A stretch of 64,000 nt of DNA from an uncultured Gammaproteobacteria bacterium (GCA_963797555.1 CAWCPV010000015.1:10585-74584), one strand, 5' to 3'; shown: positions 42,801-54,538, counted from the stretch's first letter. A program made the numbers and translations. Notes: generated by a model from the letters alone, not told the origin.

Positions 42801-45416
42801 TCACACGTCCGGCCCGAACTTGAAGTTGAACTCCCTGAATGGCTCGAACATGTTGCTATCGGTCGGCACCGGCAACGGGGCCGACCCGCGGATGGCGGCC
42901 AAGGCGGAACGGTCAAACGCATCATTGCCGCTGCTCCGTTCGACCTTCACGTCCGTGACCTCGCCGCCGGGCTGCACGCGGACACGCACCACGCACGACA
43001 GTCCCGGCGGCACGCCGAAAGGTTCCTGCCAGTTCCGTTGGACCGTGGCCCGAATGCGGTCATTATACTGGCTCAGGATATGCTGGGTCTGTCGCACCGG
43101 CTGCCTTGCCAACGACTGCTCCTTGATCCGCCATAGTCGAATACCGCCAGTTTCAGGATTCGAGAAGGCAAAAGTCTTGCTGTCGGGGGCGAAGGCGATG
43201 CGCTTCTGGCAGCACCCAGTTTCCCTGAGGTCAAATAGGAGACGTCCATCAGCTACCCGCCACAAGCGCAGTACGGTTGGCGTGCCAGTGTACTTGTCAT
43301 TGACAATACCCTGATAATAATCTAATAATTGACCGTCGGCGAAGCCCAGGAGCATTGTGCCGTCCGGACTGAAAGCCAGCTCGGTGCCCTCCAGGCGGTA
43401 AGAGCCGGATGGAAGAAAGTCCAATTGATGCAGGCTGCGGCCGTCGCTCATTTGCTGGAGCTCTATGAAGTGCCTGTTGTCGTCATTTCCTCCATGCTGT
43501 TTCCACACGGCGCGGTACCTCCCGCCCGGTGAAACTTGCGCCTGACGCCCTCGCACCCAAGAAATGGAGAAGTCTTTTTCATCCTCTTTCCTGACATCGG
43601 TCAGGCGTCCGTCGCTGAGCCGCCATAGTTGGGTCTCGGTCCGGAACCTGACAGCAATTTCGCGCGCACCCCGGCTGAACCGAATCTCATGGATCTCCTC
43701 ATACGGTCGGTTTACGTCGATGGTATGTGCCAAGCTGCCGTCTGTCGTCCGCCAAAGCTTGATTGTGCTCTTCTGGCCTACCGTAGCCAGTGCAACGAGT
43801 TGTCCGTTGGGACTGTAGGTGAACGCGGTGGGCCGATCCCCGCAAGGGTACCCAGTTTTTGGAGGTAACGAGATGGTAAGAAGAATGCGTCCGCTCGCGA
43901 CATCAAAAAAAACTGGATCCCCAGATTACAACCGTACGCAACAGCCAGGGTGCCCGCGTCGGGACTGAAGGCGAGAGCATCCGCTTCGCCCAGCGTCCTA
44001 AATTGTTTATCGGGTGGCCATGTGGTACTAATGCGCTTCTCAGGCGGTGGTGGAGCGACGCCGGGAGGTTGCATTGGGTACTGTGCCCGGCGCACCGGCT
44101 GCGGTTTATTACCAATTGTGTAGATGACTCCGATAACCAATGCGACCACGACCAAGCCCACGAGGCGCGGCCAAGTGGCTTTGGGCTGAGGAGGTGCTGG
44201 GGTGGGAGGAGGTTTAGGAGTCTGCCTGGGGACTAGGCCGGGCGCGGGCGCCGGGCGGGTCGGCGGAAGCTGAGGTTGTGGGGGCTGGACTTGCGCGGCG
44301 GGTGTGGGCTGCGCAGCCAAGGTAGATACGGTGGTGGGCGGTCGGAATCGGGTTCGCACCACGAGGGGCTCGAGGACCTGGATCCACTGCCTGTAGCTCG
44401 CCCGGGCGTTACGGCTTATGGCATCCGCACCCTTCCAGAAGGTCGCTTCAAAGGGGCGCTTTAGGGAGTCCTGGGTAGCCGCGTAGGTCTGGCGGTAGTG
44501 GGCGTAGAACTCGCTGTTGTCCGCTTCGAAGTTGTCGTAGGACGGATCGACCTCCGGCCAGCGATAGCGGGAAACATAAGCTTCGAGCTCCCTCGGACCC
44601 AGGACATGGAGGTAGAAGTAGGGGAAGCAAGCAAACAGAAAGTAGTGCACCCCGACCGCCACGGACCAGGTGTCCGTGAGCAGGTCCACGGTCACAGTGC
44701 TCTGCCCGTCGGATGCCTGACTCCGTTGCGCGTTGATCTCTGGCGCCACCCACTCGTCGCCCTTGCCGAAGGTGGTGGGCGCATCCTCCGGGCGATCGAC
44801 CACCACCCCGCTGTCATAGTCGATCAGGACCAAGTGCCCATCGGTTCAAATTGACGAACAAATTCGGTGGGTTGACGTCGGCGTGGATGTAGTACAGCTC
44901 GCGGAGGATGGCGAAGCACTCCGCCAGCTCCAGCGCCAACTGGCGCTTGAGGTTGCTGTCAAGATGCAGGAACTCCCGGAAGCGGTGGTCCAGGCGGTGG
45001 TCCAGGATGTCCTCGAAGCTGGTGAAGTAGCTCGGGTCGAGCCAATGGGCGGCGTACCCCAGCACCGACTGATGACCCAGTTGTCCTTCGAAGCTGAACT
45101 GAGGCAAGGCGTACAGACCCGGAACCGCAGCGAGTGACTTGCCCTCGCGGGCCAGCTCCTCCTGCTTGCTGCGGACCCGTGCCTGGAGTTTGCGAATCGT
45201 CTCGTAGCTGCGCCGGTCGTTGCCTCCCGGGTCGGGCTTGAAGAGCTTGATCACCAGAGCCACCGGCGGGGATGCATTGTTCACCGCCAGGCATCGGTAA
45301 ATCTGTCCGAAACCCCCTTCGCTGAAGGGCCGCGCGTCAATCTCGACGGATTGCAACTGCTCCCAGCCAGCCGTGAGACCGCTACTCTGCGATTGCGTGA
45401 TTCGAATGGCAGGCAT
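42801..45416 (-). CDS. Membrane Ser/Thr kinase copy B + Pro linker + TM + WD40-like repeats + TolA/TonB C-terminal domain; frameshifts near 44841 and at T8 tract 43905-43912
   Basis: Same kinase motifs; LAFSPD...IKLW/LRLW repeats; VERSSGNDAFDRSALAAI..SAPLPVP TonB_C/TolA signature. Confidence 0.82.
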
Positions 45417-45423
45417 TACATGG
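44291..45423. repeat. 1,133-bp direct repeat copy 2 (kinase module)
   Basis: Matches 40505-41637. Confidence 0.92.
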
Positions 45424-45510
45424 CGGGCGGGGGGGAGTGGGCCGACCCCGGTTTACGCAGGCCGCTAGGGAGAGATGCCAGGCTAGGCTGTACCATCCCA
45501 GGTCGGAGAA

Positions 45511-46428
45511 TCATTCATCTTGCCGCGGGGGCAAACCCGGGCGCCGCCGCCCAGCCTGGTAACGCACCGTCGGCGCGGTGACGATCACGCCCAAGGACGC
45601 ATCGTCGTCCAGCAAATGCTCGGTCCGGAGCTCGTCGGCATAGGCCCTGAGGGCGGCACTCAAGGCGCCATCGGTCGTGTTCTCGGGCAGGGAGAAGAAC
45701 CCATTGAGCGTGGCGAAGAAACGCAACATCGGGGGTTCCATTTTGATCCATGTGGTACCGTCCTTGGTGCGCCCGACGTTAACCTGATCATGGGAAAAGA
45801 TGCCGTCCGTGCACGTCATCACAATGTCTCCGTACTCAAAGTCTTTGCCCAAGCAGAGAATTGCCGGCTGAGCTTCCTCGTCGCGCGCGGAAATGGAGAT
45901 CATGCGGTACAGTGCCTCTTTGCCCATCTCATTCTGCACTGTGTGTGGGTTGAGGTAGTTCAGAGCGTTCCACGGGGCGTAATGGTTTGGTGAGAGATCG
46001 TTGAAGTTGCCCCGAAGGTGCCAGAGGCCGCCATTGCCCACGTAGCCCAGCCACAACTCCGCCATGCTTTCTACGGCCACGATTAAAGTGGTGCCGAAGC
46101 TCTGCTCGGGGTCCACCTGGATCCCCTCCCGCGCGCAGTACTCTGCCGCCTTCTGCTTGACGTGCACCCGGGCCTGGGCGAAAAGCTGCCGCAGAGTGCA
46201 AGCATCCATGCCCGGTACCCCGGCGATGCTGGCAGCCGCTGCCTCAACTGCCCACTGAGCGCCGAGCCCAGCGTGCGCCTGCGAGCCCAAGCCGTCGGCG
46301 ACAATTACCGCCCGCAGGCCGCACCTCGGATTGTCCGCCGTGGCAACCGCGTCCTGGTTCTCGCTCGGGTCCTTCCTGTAGGTGGTTGAGGCTACGCCTA
46401 TGAGAGAGGAAGGGGACTCCATCTGCAT
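45511..46428 (-). CDS. PP2C-like protein phosphatase (YegK-like)
   Basis: NQDA, VADGLGS, GTTL, VGNG, TDG, DDAS motifs. Confidence 0.85.
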   Translation of the reverse strand: MQMESPSSLIGVASTTYRKDPSENQDAVATADNPRCGLRAVIVADGLGSQAHAGLGAQWAVEAAAASIAGVPGMDACTLRQLFAQARVHVKQKAAEYCAREGIQVDPEQSFGTTLIVAVESMAELWLGYVGNGGLWHLRGNFNDLSPNHYAPWNALNYLNPHTVQNEMGKEALYRMISISARDEEAQPAILCLGKDFEYGDIVMTCTDGIFSHDQVNVGRTKDGTTWIKMEPPMLRFFATLNGFFSLPENTTDGALSAALRAYADELRTEHLLDDDASLGVIVTAPTVRYQAGRRRPGLPPRQDE

Positions 46429-46498
46429 CGCCACTGTCCGCCGCCGCTTAAACACGTCGCTTAACCGGTGATAATGGGGTCGGCATCGAAATCGTGTC

Positions 46499-47157
46499 TC
46501 AGGCGATTTTCACGTTCTTGCCCGAAGAGACCGATTCGATGAAGAATTTCCGCAGGTCTTCGTCCCGGTAAGTGGTCCGGTAGCGCAGAGGCGAACTCGC
46601 CAGATCCTGAAGGAGGGCCTCGGCCTCAGTGTCCTTCTGGCCGACAGCCGCAAAGAGCGTGGTGCACAGGGTGATCTTCAGGTTCTGTTTGACTCCTGTG
46701 CCACCGTTCTGGGGTCGCCGCCGCTCATACCGTCGGACATGACGACGATGACCACGCTGCGGGGCACCGACTCGGTGCTCGATCCCGAGAGAAACTGCTG
46801 CGCAACCCCCTCGGCACAGCGCAAGGCCACCCCAATGTCGGTTCCCCCACCGTGGCCGATCATGGGGTTGTAGTTCGCATAGTCGTCGATGTCCTTAACA
46901 GAGCTCGCCGGAGTGTGGACGGTGGCGCTGGTGTCAAACGTCACTACCGCGATGGAGAAGTTCGACTTCACACGGCTCTTCTTGAGCAGGCCCAACAGTT
47001 CCTTGACAGCCTGCTCCACCATCTGCGCCTTACTGACTTTGCTGGCGGTCATCTCGCCCATGGACCCGCTGCCGTCGAGCACGAGAATACCGAGCTGGCG
47101 GAAGGTGGCGGGCACAACGGGAGGAGCATCAAAGTCTGTGACCAATTGGTCTTTCAT
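46499..47157 (-). CDS. TerY-like vWA domain protein; two frameshifts in 3' third
   Basis: MIDAS DGSGS, GGGTD, VMSDG; continuation KITLCTT...LQDLAS...LRKFFIESVS in shifted frames. Confidence 0.85.
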
Positions 47158-47384
47158 GGGTTTCTCCGAAGAATAGCAAATTCAAAGACTCCAGAAGATA
47201 TTAGCGCCCGCGGGCTCGTGACGCTCTCGGGTCACGTTGCCTGGTTTCTTTGAATCAACGCATTCATTGCTTGTAGGCGCGCGGTATCTTGTAGCATCAT
47301 CGCGTTACGCGTGCAAGCCAGTCAGCAGTCTCGTGTGGATAGCGCAGACGCGGAACGCCCAAGACCGAAACGCCCCGTGCGGCT

Positions 47385-47513
47385 CAGGCCCCAGAAACTC
47401 AGAGCGGCGCCTTGGTCGCTGATGAGATCCGAGAGGTTCTCGATAGCCTCGGACATCCGGTAGTCGTGGACCATCGGATGGAGCTTGCAGGTGTCACGAA
47501 CGGTTCCGAGCAC
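47385..47513 (-). pseudogene. Possible N-terminal stub of a DUF499-like ATPase
   Basis: VLGTVRDTCKLHPMVHDYRMSEAIENLSDLI resembles remembered N-termini of this defence-associated family; unverified. Confidence 0.3.
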
Positions 47514-47634
47514 GTCAACCCCCGAGTTCCAGTGTACACGCCATTGCGCGTGGTTCCTCCGCTCCTGGGGCGGGTCGCCCTCCGTCATCGAGCGATGCGA
47601 TGAATCGTCTGCTGCTGGTCCGCAGTCTTTCGGT

Positions 47635-47760
47635 CGCAGCGCCGCTCACCTGATTGCGCAGCGCACGGCGCTTGAGCCAAATGTCGAGGGTTTCCCGGCC
47701 GCAAGCGAATCCCGCGCAGTCATGGCGATCGGTCAACGGTTCCGGCGCACCGATCGTCAC
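47635..47760 (-). pseudogene. GNAT toxin (TacT/AtaT-like) N-terminal remnant
   Basis: APEPLTDRHDCAGFACGRETLDIWLKRRALRNQVSGA then loss of similarity; overlaps DUF1778 stop. Confidence 0.8.
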
Positions 47761-48047
47761 CCCTTCTCCCAGGGCGGCACGGTCTGCATGGTCTTGCGCA
47801 GCCGCTCGTTGGGTTGCGGCGGGGCCTCGAGCCGTGCCTGGAAGGCGGCGAAGGCTGCGGCGCCAACGCGCAACAGCGCGCGATCGAGCACGGCCTCCTC
47901 GGCGGCCCGACGCGTGGCGTCGAGGATGAACTCGGTGCGGTTCTTGCCCGTAGCGCGGGCGGCACGGTCGATCAGGTCGCGTTCCTCTGGCTTGATACGC
48001 AGGTTGAGGGTCTGGCGCTTGCTGGGTGGTTCGTGGACTGTCGACAT
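47757..48047 (-). CDS. DUF1778 family RHH antitoxin (TacA/AtaR-like)
   Basis: LNLRI...LIDRAA..GKNRTEFILDA...LEAPPQPNERLRK. Confidence 0.9.
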   Translation of the reverse strand: MSTVHEPPSKRQTLNLRIKPEERDLIDRAARATGKNRTEFILDATRRAAEEAVLDRALLRVGAAAFAAFQARLEAPPQPNERLRKTMQTVPPWEKG

Positions 48048-48108
48048 GGCTTCTCTCCGGTTTCCTCCGATACTACCAGCCGCGTAACGACATTGTCACT
48101 ACAGGCGG

Positions 48109-48221
48109 GTACGTCGGGCTGGGCGCGCTTGTGAGTAGCCGGAGTATTTCGATATGAGCCGGCGCGCCGTAAGCCGATGCTTGCCAGGGATGTCGGGTTA
48201 CGCTGCGCTAACCCGACCTAC
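48109..48221. repeat. GTAG-type REP doublet, copy 1
   Basis: GTACGTCGGGCTGG ... GTCGGGTTACGCTGCGCTAACCCGACCTAC; homologous to 49440-49553. Confidence 0.75.
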
Positions 48222-48501
48222 GGCTTGCGCCCCGAGGAGGCTTGGTGGCTGTTCGGCATGACCGCCCTCGCGACGGGCGGCATCAATGATGCGGACAAGG
48301 GTTGGCGGGTTGCGCTGTGCTAGGCGCTGGGCGACGTGGCCCAGAACGGGCTGATCAAGCGGCGGCGCCTGGCGGCGAAGGAGGGGCAGGGCGGGCATAC
48401 GGCACTGCCGTTGTTCGAGGATTGAATTCCTCCAGAGAAGGCAAGATTGACTCGCCTGAGAGTCCCAACCAATATGGTTGCAACCAGCGAGGTATATTTC
48501 C

Positions 48502-48786
48502 ATGCCTTCCCTCACCTTGAAAGACATTCCGATGCCCCTGATGGAACGGCTGCGCGCACGCGCCGCGGAGGATCAGCGGAGCCTGAATCGGGAAGCCATC
48601 TGGCTGCTGGAGCAGGCCCTGGAGCCATCCGGCGATGCCGCGCTGCGTCTGCAGCAAGAATGCGAAGCCCAGGTTGCCGCCTGGAATGCGCTGGCTGGAC
48701 GCTGGCAGGGAACCGAGGAAGAAACGGATGCGGTGGTCGAAGACATCTACCAATCCCGCACCCGGGGTCGAGAGATCACGCTTTGA
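48502..48786 (+). CDS. FitA-like RHH antitoxin
   Basis: MPSLTLKDIP..LMERLRARAAEDQRSLNREAI. Confidence 0.85.
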   Translation: MPSLTLKDIPMPLMERLRARAAEDQRSLNREAIWLLEQALEPSGDAALRLQQECEAQVAAWNALAGRWQGTEEETDAVVEDIYQSRTRGREITL

Positions 48787-49193
48787 AGCTGCTGGATACG
48801 GACGTTTGCATCGAGATCCTGCGCGGCAACCCACGGGTTCTGCAACAGCGCACCGCTATCCCGGACCGGATCGCCACGACCTGGATCACAGCCTGCGAGC
48901 TGGCCTACGGTGCAGCCAATTCCCGGCACCCGAAAGAAAAGCAGACCCTGGTGACGGAATTCCGGTCCACGCTGCCGCTCGTTGACTTCAACCTGGCCAG
49001 CGCACTGCTCTTCGGGAGCCATAAGGCACGCCTGCGTCGGGGTGGAGCGTCCGTCGCGGATGCGGACCTGATGATCGCTTCGATTGCCCTCGCCCACGGT
49101 GCGACCCTGGTCACTGGCAATACCCGTCATTAGGAGCGGTCCGATGGTTTGCTGTTGGAGAACTGGATACGCGAGCCGCCGCGGGAGCGGTAG
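48783..49193 (+). pseudogene. VapC/PIN toxin with in-frame amber stop at 49131-49133
   Basis: LLDTDVCI, ELAYG, DLMIASIA, LVTGNTRH*ERSDGLLLENW. Confidence 0.8.
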
Positions 49194-49246
49194 CGCCCGC
49201 TGCGGGAACCAATCGCCCGCGATGAATCGACCTGCCGACCATACCA

Positions 49247-49396
49247 GTGCGGCTCGAAACATTGCAGGTAAAGCGCGACGCCATCACTGCGGCGGGAAAA
49301 GAGTTCGGTGCCCGACGCATTCGCGTGTTCGGCTCGGCGGCACGCGGGGACCGCCACCTTCGGCCTTATGTGCGGGTGGAGGCCGTAGACCTGTGA
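49247..49396 (+). pseudogene. MNT nucleotidyltransferase N-terminal remnant
   Basis: KRDAITAAGKEFGARRIRVFGSAARGD, truncated before the DxD motif. Confidence 0.7.
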
Positions 49397-49439
49397 GCAA
49401 GCCATGGAGCCCTGCGCACTGCACATTCTCGACAGACGG

Positions 49440-49553
49440 GTAGGTCGGGTTAGGCGCGCTTGCGAGTGGCCGGAGTATTTGGATGGCTGCGACGCGCGCC
49501 GTAACCCGACGCTTGCCGTGGATGTCGGGTTACGCTGCGCTAACCCGACCTGC
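49440..49553. repeat. GTAG-type REP doublet, copy 2
   Basis: GTAGGTCGGGTTAGG ... CGTAACCCGAC ... GTCGGGTTACGCTGCGCTAACCCGACCTGC. Confidence 0.8.
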
Positions 49554-49573
49554 CATCTGCCTCCGTTCGACAC

Positions 49574-50356
49574 ATGAATAGCGACCTGCGCGACCAGAGC
49601 ACCATCCTCGACGCACTGAATCGCCTGGCGTTCCGCCGGCCTCGGTAGCCCTGTACATTGATGCCGATAATCAGTCTCACCAATGCGCGAAGGGACTGCT
49701 GAGCGTGTTTCGGGAGGATCTCGACACCCGCGTCGTTAGCGCCACCATTGCCGGGAACAATCATGGCAAACAGATCGACAGATGGCGCGACGAACTGGTC
49801 GCCGCGCTTCCCGACCTCGTGGTGCACCCGCTCGCCGCGCCTGACCGCAAGCAGGCGGCGGATGTTGCCCTGCTGATGGCGTTGGGGGCTGACCTGGAAC
49901 GGCATATCTGCGAGGGCGAGGTGGTGGTGATCGTTTCCTGGGATGAGCTATTGATCGGCGCCGCCGAACAGATCAAGGCGCGCGGCTGCAGGACCTTGAT
50001 CGCTTACGCGGACGGCGAGATCCCGCCGGCCCGCAATCCACACCTGACGACCCTGCTGCTGCCCGCTTTGGCGAAACCGGTCTCGGTCCCTCGTGCGGCG
50101 CCGGTCGTCGCCCGGCGGCTACCGAGACCGCGCCTGCGCGGCTGCCGGACCGGGCTCCCGACGGCGCCGTCGCGTCGGTGCTCGCACAGCTCGCGGCATG
50201 TGTACGCAGCAGCCGGGTGGGGGCTATGGCGCTTCGGATGTGGGCCAAGCCCTGTCGAAGCTCGGCTACGACAAAGCGGCGCGAGCCCGCTTCCTTGCGT
50301 CGGTGCCTGGCCTCCGTGTGCGCGGCACTGGCCCGAACAAAGTCTTGGAGTTCTGA
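49574..50356 (+). pseudogene. NYN-domain (PIN-like) protein with C-terminal HTH-like domain, frameshifted
   Basis: ALYIDADN, KQAADVAL, IVSWD motifs; C-terminal DVGQALSKLG in another frame. Confidence 0.65.
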
Positions 50357-50639
50357 GACGGTCGAGGAATCCGGCGCCGCACCTAGCCAGTTTCGTCAGC
50401 CGATAACCCAGCAATTCCCGGGGGTAGACGAGATTGTCCAGATGCGATTCGAGCCTCGAAATAACATCCTCAAGACCGTAACGTGGACCTGGCGCCGTGG
50501 AATCTGAAGATCGCCCAACTGCGCGAGACGCGGATGCTCGGGCGCTGGAACGAGCGGTCCATGGAGGCACGAGTCGCTGCTGAACCGGGAGCGCTATCGG
50601 CGCTTGGATGTCTTCTTCGCCAGGGGGGCCAGGCAATCC

Positions 50640-50724
50640 GAGTCGCACCGGACAGCGTGATTCGGTCGCTCCTCGCCGGGCGCCTCGCTGTCGGGCCACT
50701 CGCGACGATTTCTTCACAGGCTCA
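50640..50724. repeat. MITE-like repeat family, right portion (copy 4)
   Basis: ATTCGGTCGCTCCTCGCC..CGCCTCGCTGTCGGGCCACTCGCGACGATTTCTTCACAGGCTC. Confidence 0.55.
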
Positions 50725-50961
50725 GAACAGTTCGTTTCTATTGACCAATCTCAAGGAACGTTAGACTATGATTTGCCGCCTAAGGGGTGGGGATCGCGAA
50801 ATCTCTTTTCCATAGGCGCTGATAGGGGGAAATCGGAGTCCAGAGTGGGGAGCTGCCTTCGTGCAACTCTTTGATGGAATCCGTTTTCTCGCCGCTCATC
50901 GCCTCCAGGCAGCCAAGACGATGCCATATAAGACACTAACTCACCAGAGGAGACCAACAGG

Positions 50962-51939
<978 letters not shown>

Positions 51940-51944
51940 AGTAC

Positions 51945-51978
51945 GCGGGGTGCCCGCATCCTGGTGCGGGCACCCCGC
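51945..51978 (+). terminator. 14-bp perfect hairpin after Gly/Met protein
   Basis: GCGGGGTGCCCGCA-tcctgg-TGCGGGCACCCCGC; no U-tract. Confidence 0.55.
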
Positions 51979-52274
51979 CGATGGCTGAGGCACGCTCGTA
52001 CCGAGGGGGTTCGGCTGACTGCTTAACGGTCACTGTGTCCCGTGCCGCAGGGCATTATGTCCTCTGCGCGCGTTGCTGCGCGGGTGTTGGCGCCGGCGCG
52101 GAGGATGCCTCGTGTCACTTCCGCTCGACGCCGTCCCCGCATCCCCGATAAATAAGGCGACGCCGCGTTCCGGCAGCACGAGCCCTTGCCCCAGCCTCCC
52201 TGTTCATCCGCATGCGCATGCGGCTGCGCCCTCGAGATTCCGAGCGAAGGCCGCGCCCGGACATCGCCCAGCGC

Positions 52275-52403
52275 ACAGGGGTCGATAGTCCTCCACAGGG
52301 CGTCGGCGCTGTGGTTCCAGCTCCAACGCACATCCAGGGCCAGCTCCGCGAGGCCCGCCAACGGCTCGGGCAAGGGACGCAGGAAATAATGGGCAGGATG
52401 CAT
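52275..52403 (-). pseudogene. glgP: Alpha-glucan phosphorylase N-terminal remnant
   Basis: LPEPLAGLAELALDVRWSWNHSADALWRTIDP then loss of similarity. Confidence 0.75.
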
Positions 52404-52419
52404 AGGGTCCCCTCCGCCG

Positions 52420-52635
52420 AGAGCCTGTGAATCAATCCGCTGCGCTTTCCGACAGGGCGTTGCGCGGTGTTCATGGCGTACCTCCCTTTACGCCACCCCT
52501 TCGGGGTGTCCTGCGGACGTGCCGAATGGCTGTCCTGCCATTCGGTCGCTCGTCGCCTTTCGACTCGATGTGTCTCGTCGCCGCGCGCCGTGCGCCTCGC
52601 TCTCGGGCCGTCGGGACGATGCCTTCACAAGCTTT
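52420..52635. mobile_element. MITE-like element, longest copy (copy 5)
   Basis: Imperfect IRs AGAGCCTGTGAATCAATC ... GATGCCTTCACAAGCTTT, non-coding interior. Confidence 0.55.
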
Positions 52636-52695
52636 GAGATCGCCCCGCCCGGGGCCACACGGTGCTCATCGCTCGGCGACCGATACGCTCGCCTG

Positions 52696-54523
52696 TCATG
52701 CCGGCCCGGCTTCCGCCTCGGCTAGCGCGACGGTAGCCGCGATCAGCGACAGGTGGGTGAGGCCTTGGGGAAAGTTGCCGAGCATCTCCCGGCTGCGCGT
52801 GTCGTACTCCTCCGCAAACAGGCTCAGGTCATTGCCGGTGGCGACCGCTTTGCGGAACACCTCATGGGCCTCGTCCACCCTTCCCTGGCGCGCCAGGCAT
52901 TCGACGAGCCAGAAGGAGCAAGCGAGGAACACGCCTTCCCGGCCCGGCAGACCGTCGTCGTCGGGAGCATAACGCCGCAGCAATCCGTCCTCTGCCAGCC
53001 CGGACCGGACCGAGTCCGTGGTGCGGATCATGCGCGGGTCCTGATACTCCACAAAGCCGACGATGGGCAGGAGCAGCAAGGCCGCGTCCATCCGGGGACG
53101 GTCGAAGGCTTGGATGAAGACCCCGCGCTCGCGGCATCGTAGCCCTTCTCTTCCACTGCACGCCGTATCTCGTCGCGGGTGCGCTTCCAGTCCTCTACGG
53201 AGCGTCCCGTCCCAGATCCTCGGCAAGGCGGATCCCGCAGTCCAGCGCCGCCCAGCACATGGCCTTGGACTGGACGAAATGGCGGGGCTCGCCGCGCATC
53301 TCCCAGATCCCGCGGTCGGGCTCGCTCCAGAGCGCGGCTGCAGCGTTCACCAGCTCGACCAGGAATTCCCAGTAGTCGTCGTCCGGCGAGTGCCCCCGCT
53401 GGTGCCAGCGCCAGGCGAGGCCCAGCAGCTCGCCGTAAGCATCGAGCTGGACCTGTCCTTCGGCGGCGTTGCCGATGCGCACGGGCCTGGCGCCGCGATA
53501 GCCCTCCAGCTCCTCTACCGAGTGCTCGTGCAGGCGGCGCTCACCACCGACGCCGAACAGAATCTGCAGCTCCTCGGCGCTTCCGGCGGCGCTGCGCTCG
53601 ATGAAGCGGCGGAATCCGTCGGCCTCCTTCACGTGGCCTAGCTCTGCCAGGGAACGGACGGTGAAGGAGGAGTCGCGGACCCACGTGTAGCGGTAGTCCC
53701 AGTTCCTGGAGCCGCTGGGAGATTCGGGCAGCGAGGTGGTCGGGGCTGCGGCGATGGCCCCGGTGGGCGCGTTGGAGAGCCCCTTGAGAACGATGGCGGA
53801 ACGGCGCGCCAGTTCGGCGTACGGTCCGGCCACTGTGGTCCTGGACGACCAGTGATACCACCAGGCGATGGTCTCTTCCAGACGGCCGTCCAGCACACTG
53901 CTTTCGGGCGGTTCGACCAGCCCCTCGTCCAGGTCTTCCGGAAGGCGATAGAGGATCGAGAGCCGCGCACGGGCCCCCGGCCCGACCCTGAACGCCCCGA
54001 CCAGGTCGTGCCTGTGCTTCATCTCCAAAGGAAAGTCGCCGGAGATGAGCAGGCCGTCCGCGCCGCCGATGGCGATGTAGTGATGGGGGTCGCTGCGCCC
54101 GCGGATCCAGGGCTTGATGGCCCCGTAGTCGAACCGCGGCGCCACCGTGACGTGGAAGTCCACGCTGCCCTCGACGCCCTCCACGATGCGCAGCAGTTGC
54201 CCGTGGGGGTGGTGCTCTCCGCCCCTGCGCATCGGCAGGCAGTCCGTGAGCCGAGCGGAGCCCTGGTCGGTCCGGAACGTCGTCTCCAGGATGAGCGTCT
54301 GAGGAAGGTACTGCCGCTCGACGCGGTACTCTGCGGCGGGCTCAATCTGGCAGTAACCGCCCTCCTGCCAGCCCAGCAGGCGCCCGAAGCAGCTTCGCGA
54401 GTCGATGCGGGGCATGCAGCACCAGTCGATGGAGCCGGCGCGCGAAACCAGCGCCGCAGAGTGACAGTCCGAGAGGTACCCGTAGTCGGCAATCGGCGGG
54501 TAGGGTTCTCGAACGTCGCTCAA
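52696..54523 (-). CDS. Glycoside hydrolase family 15 (glucoamylase/trehalase-like), frameshifted near 53140-53200
   Basis: IAAAPTTSLPE, RNWDYRYTWVRD, QLDAYGE, GIWEMRG, LFAEEYD, GNFPQGLTH. Confidence 0.92.
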
Positions 54524-54538
54524 GTCCGCCTCCCGATC

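Noticed and set aside
40505-45423. Diversity-generating retroelement template/variable repeat pair
   Set aside because: Repeat is far too long, differences are not adenine-specific, and no reverse transcriptase is in the window
50741-50754. FNR-like box TTGAC-N4-CTCAA upstream of the Gly/Met gene
   Set aside because: Two mismatches and spacing does not fit a nearby -10 element
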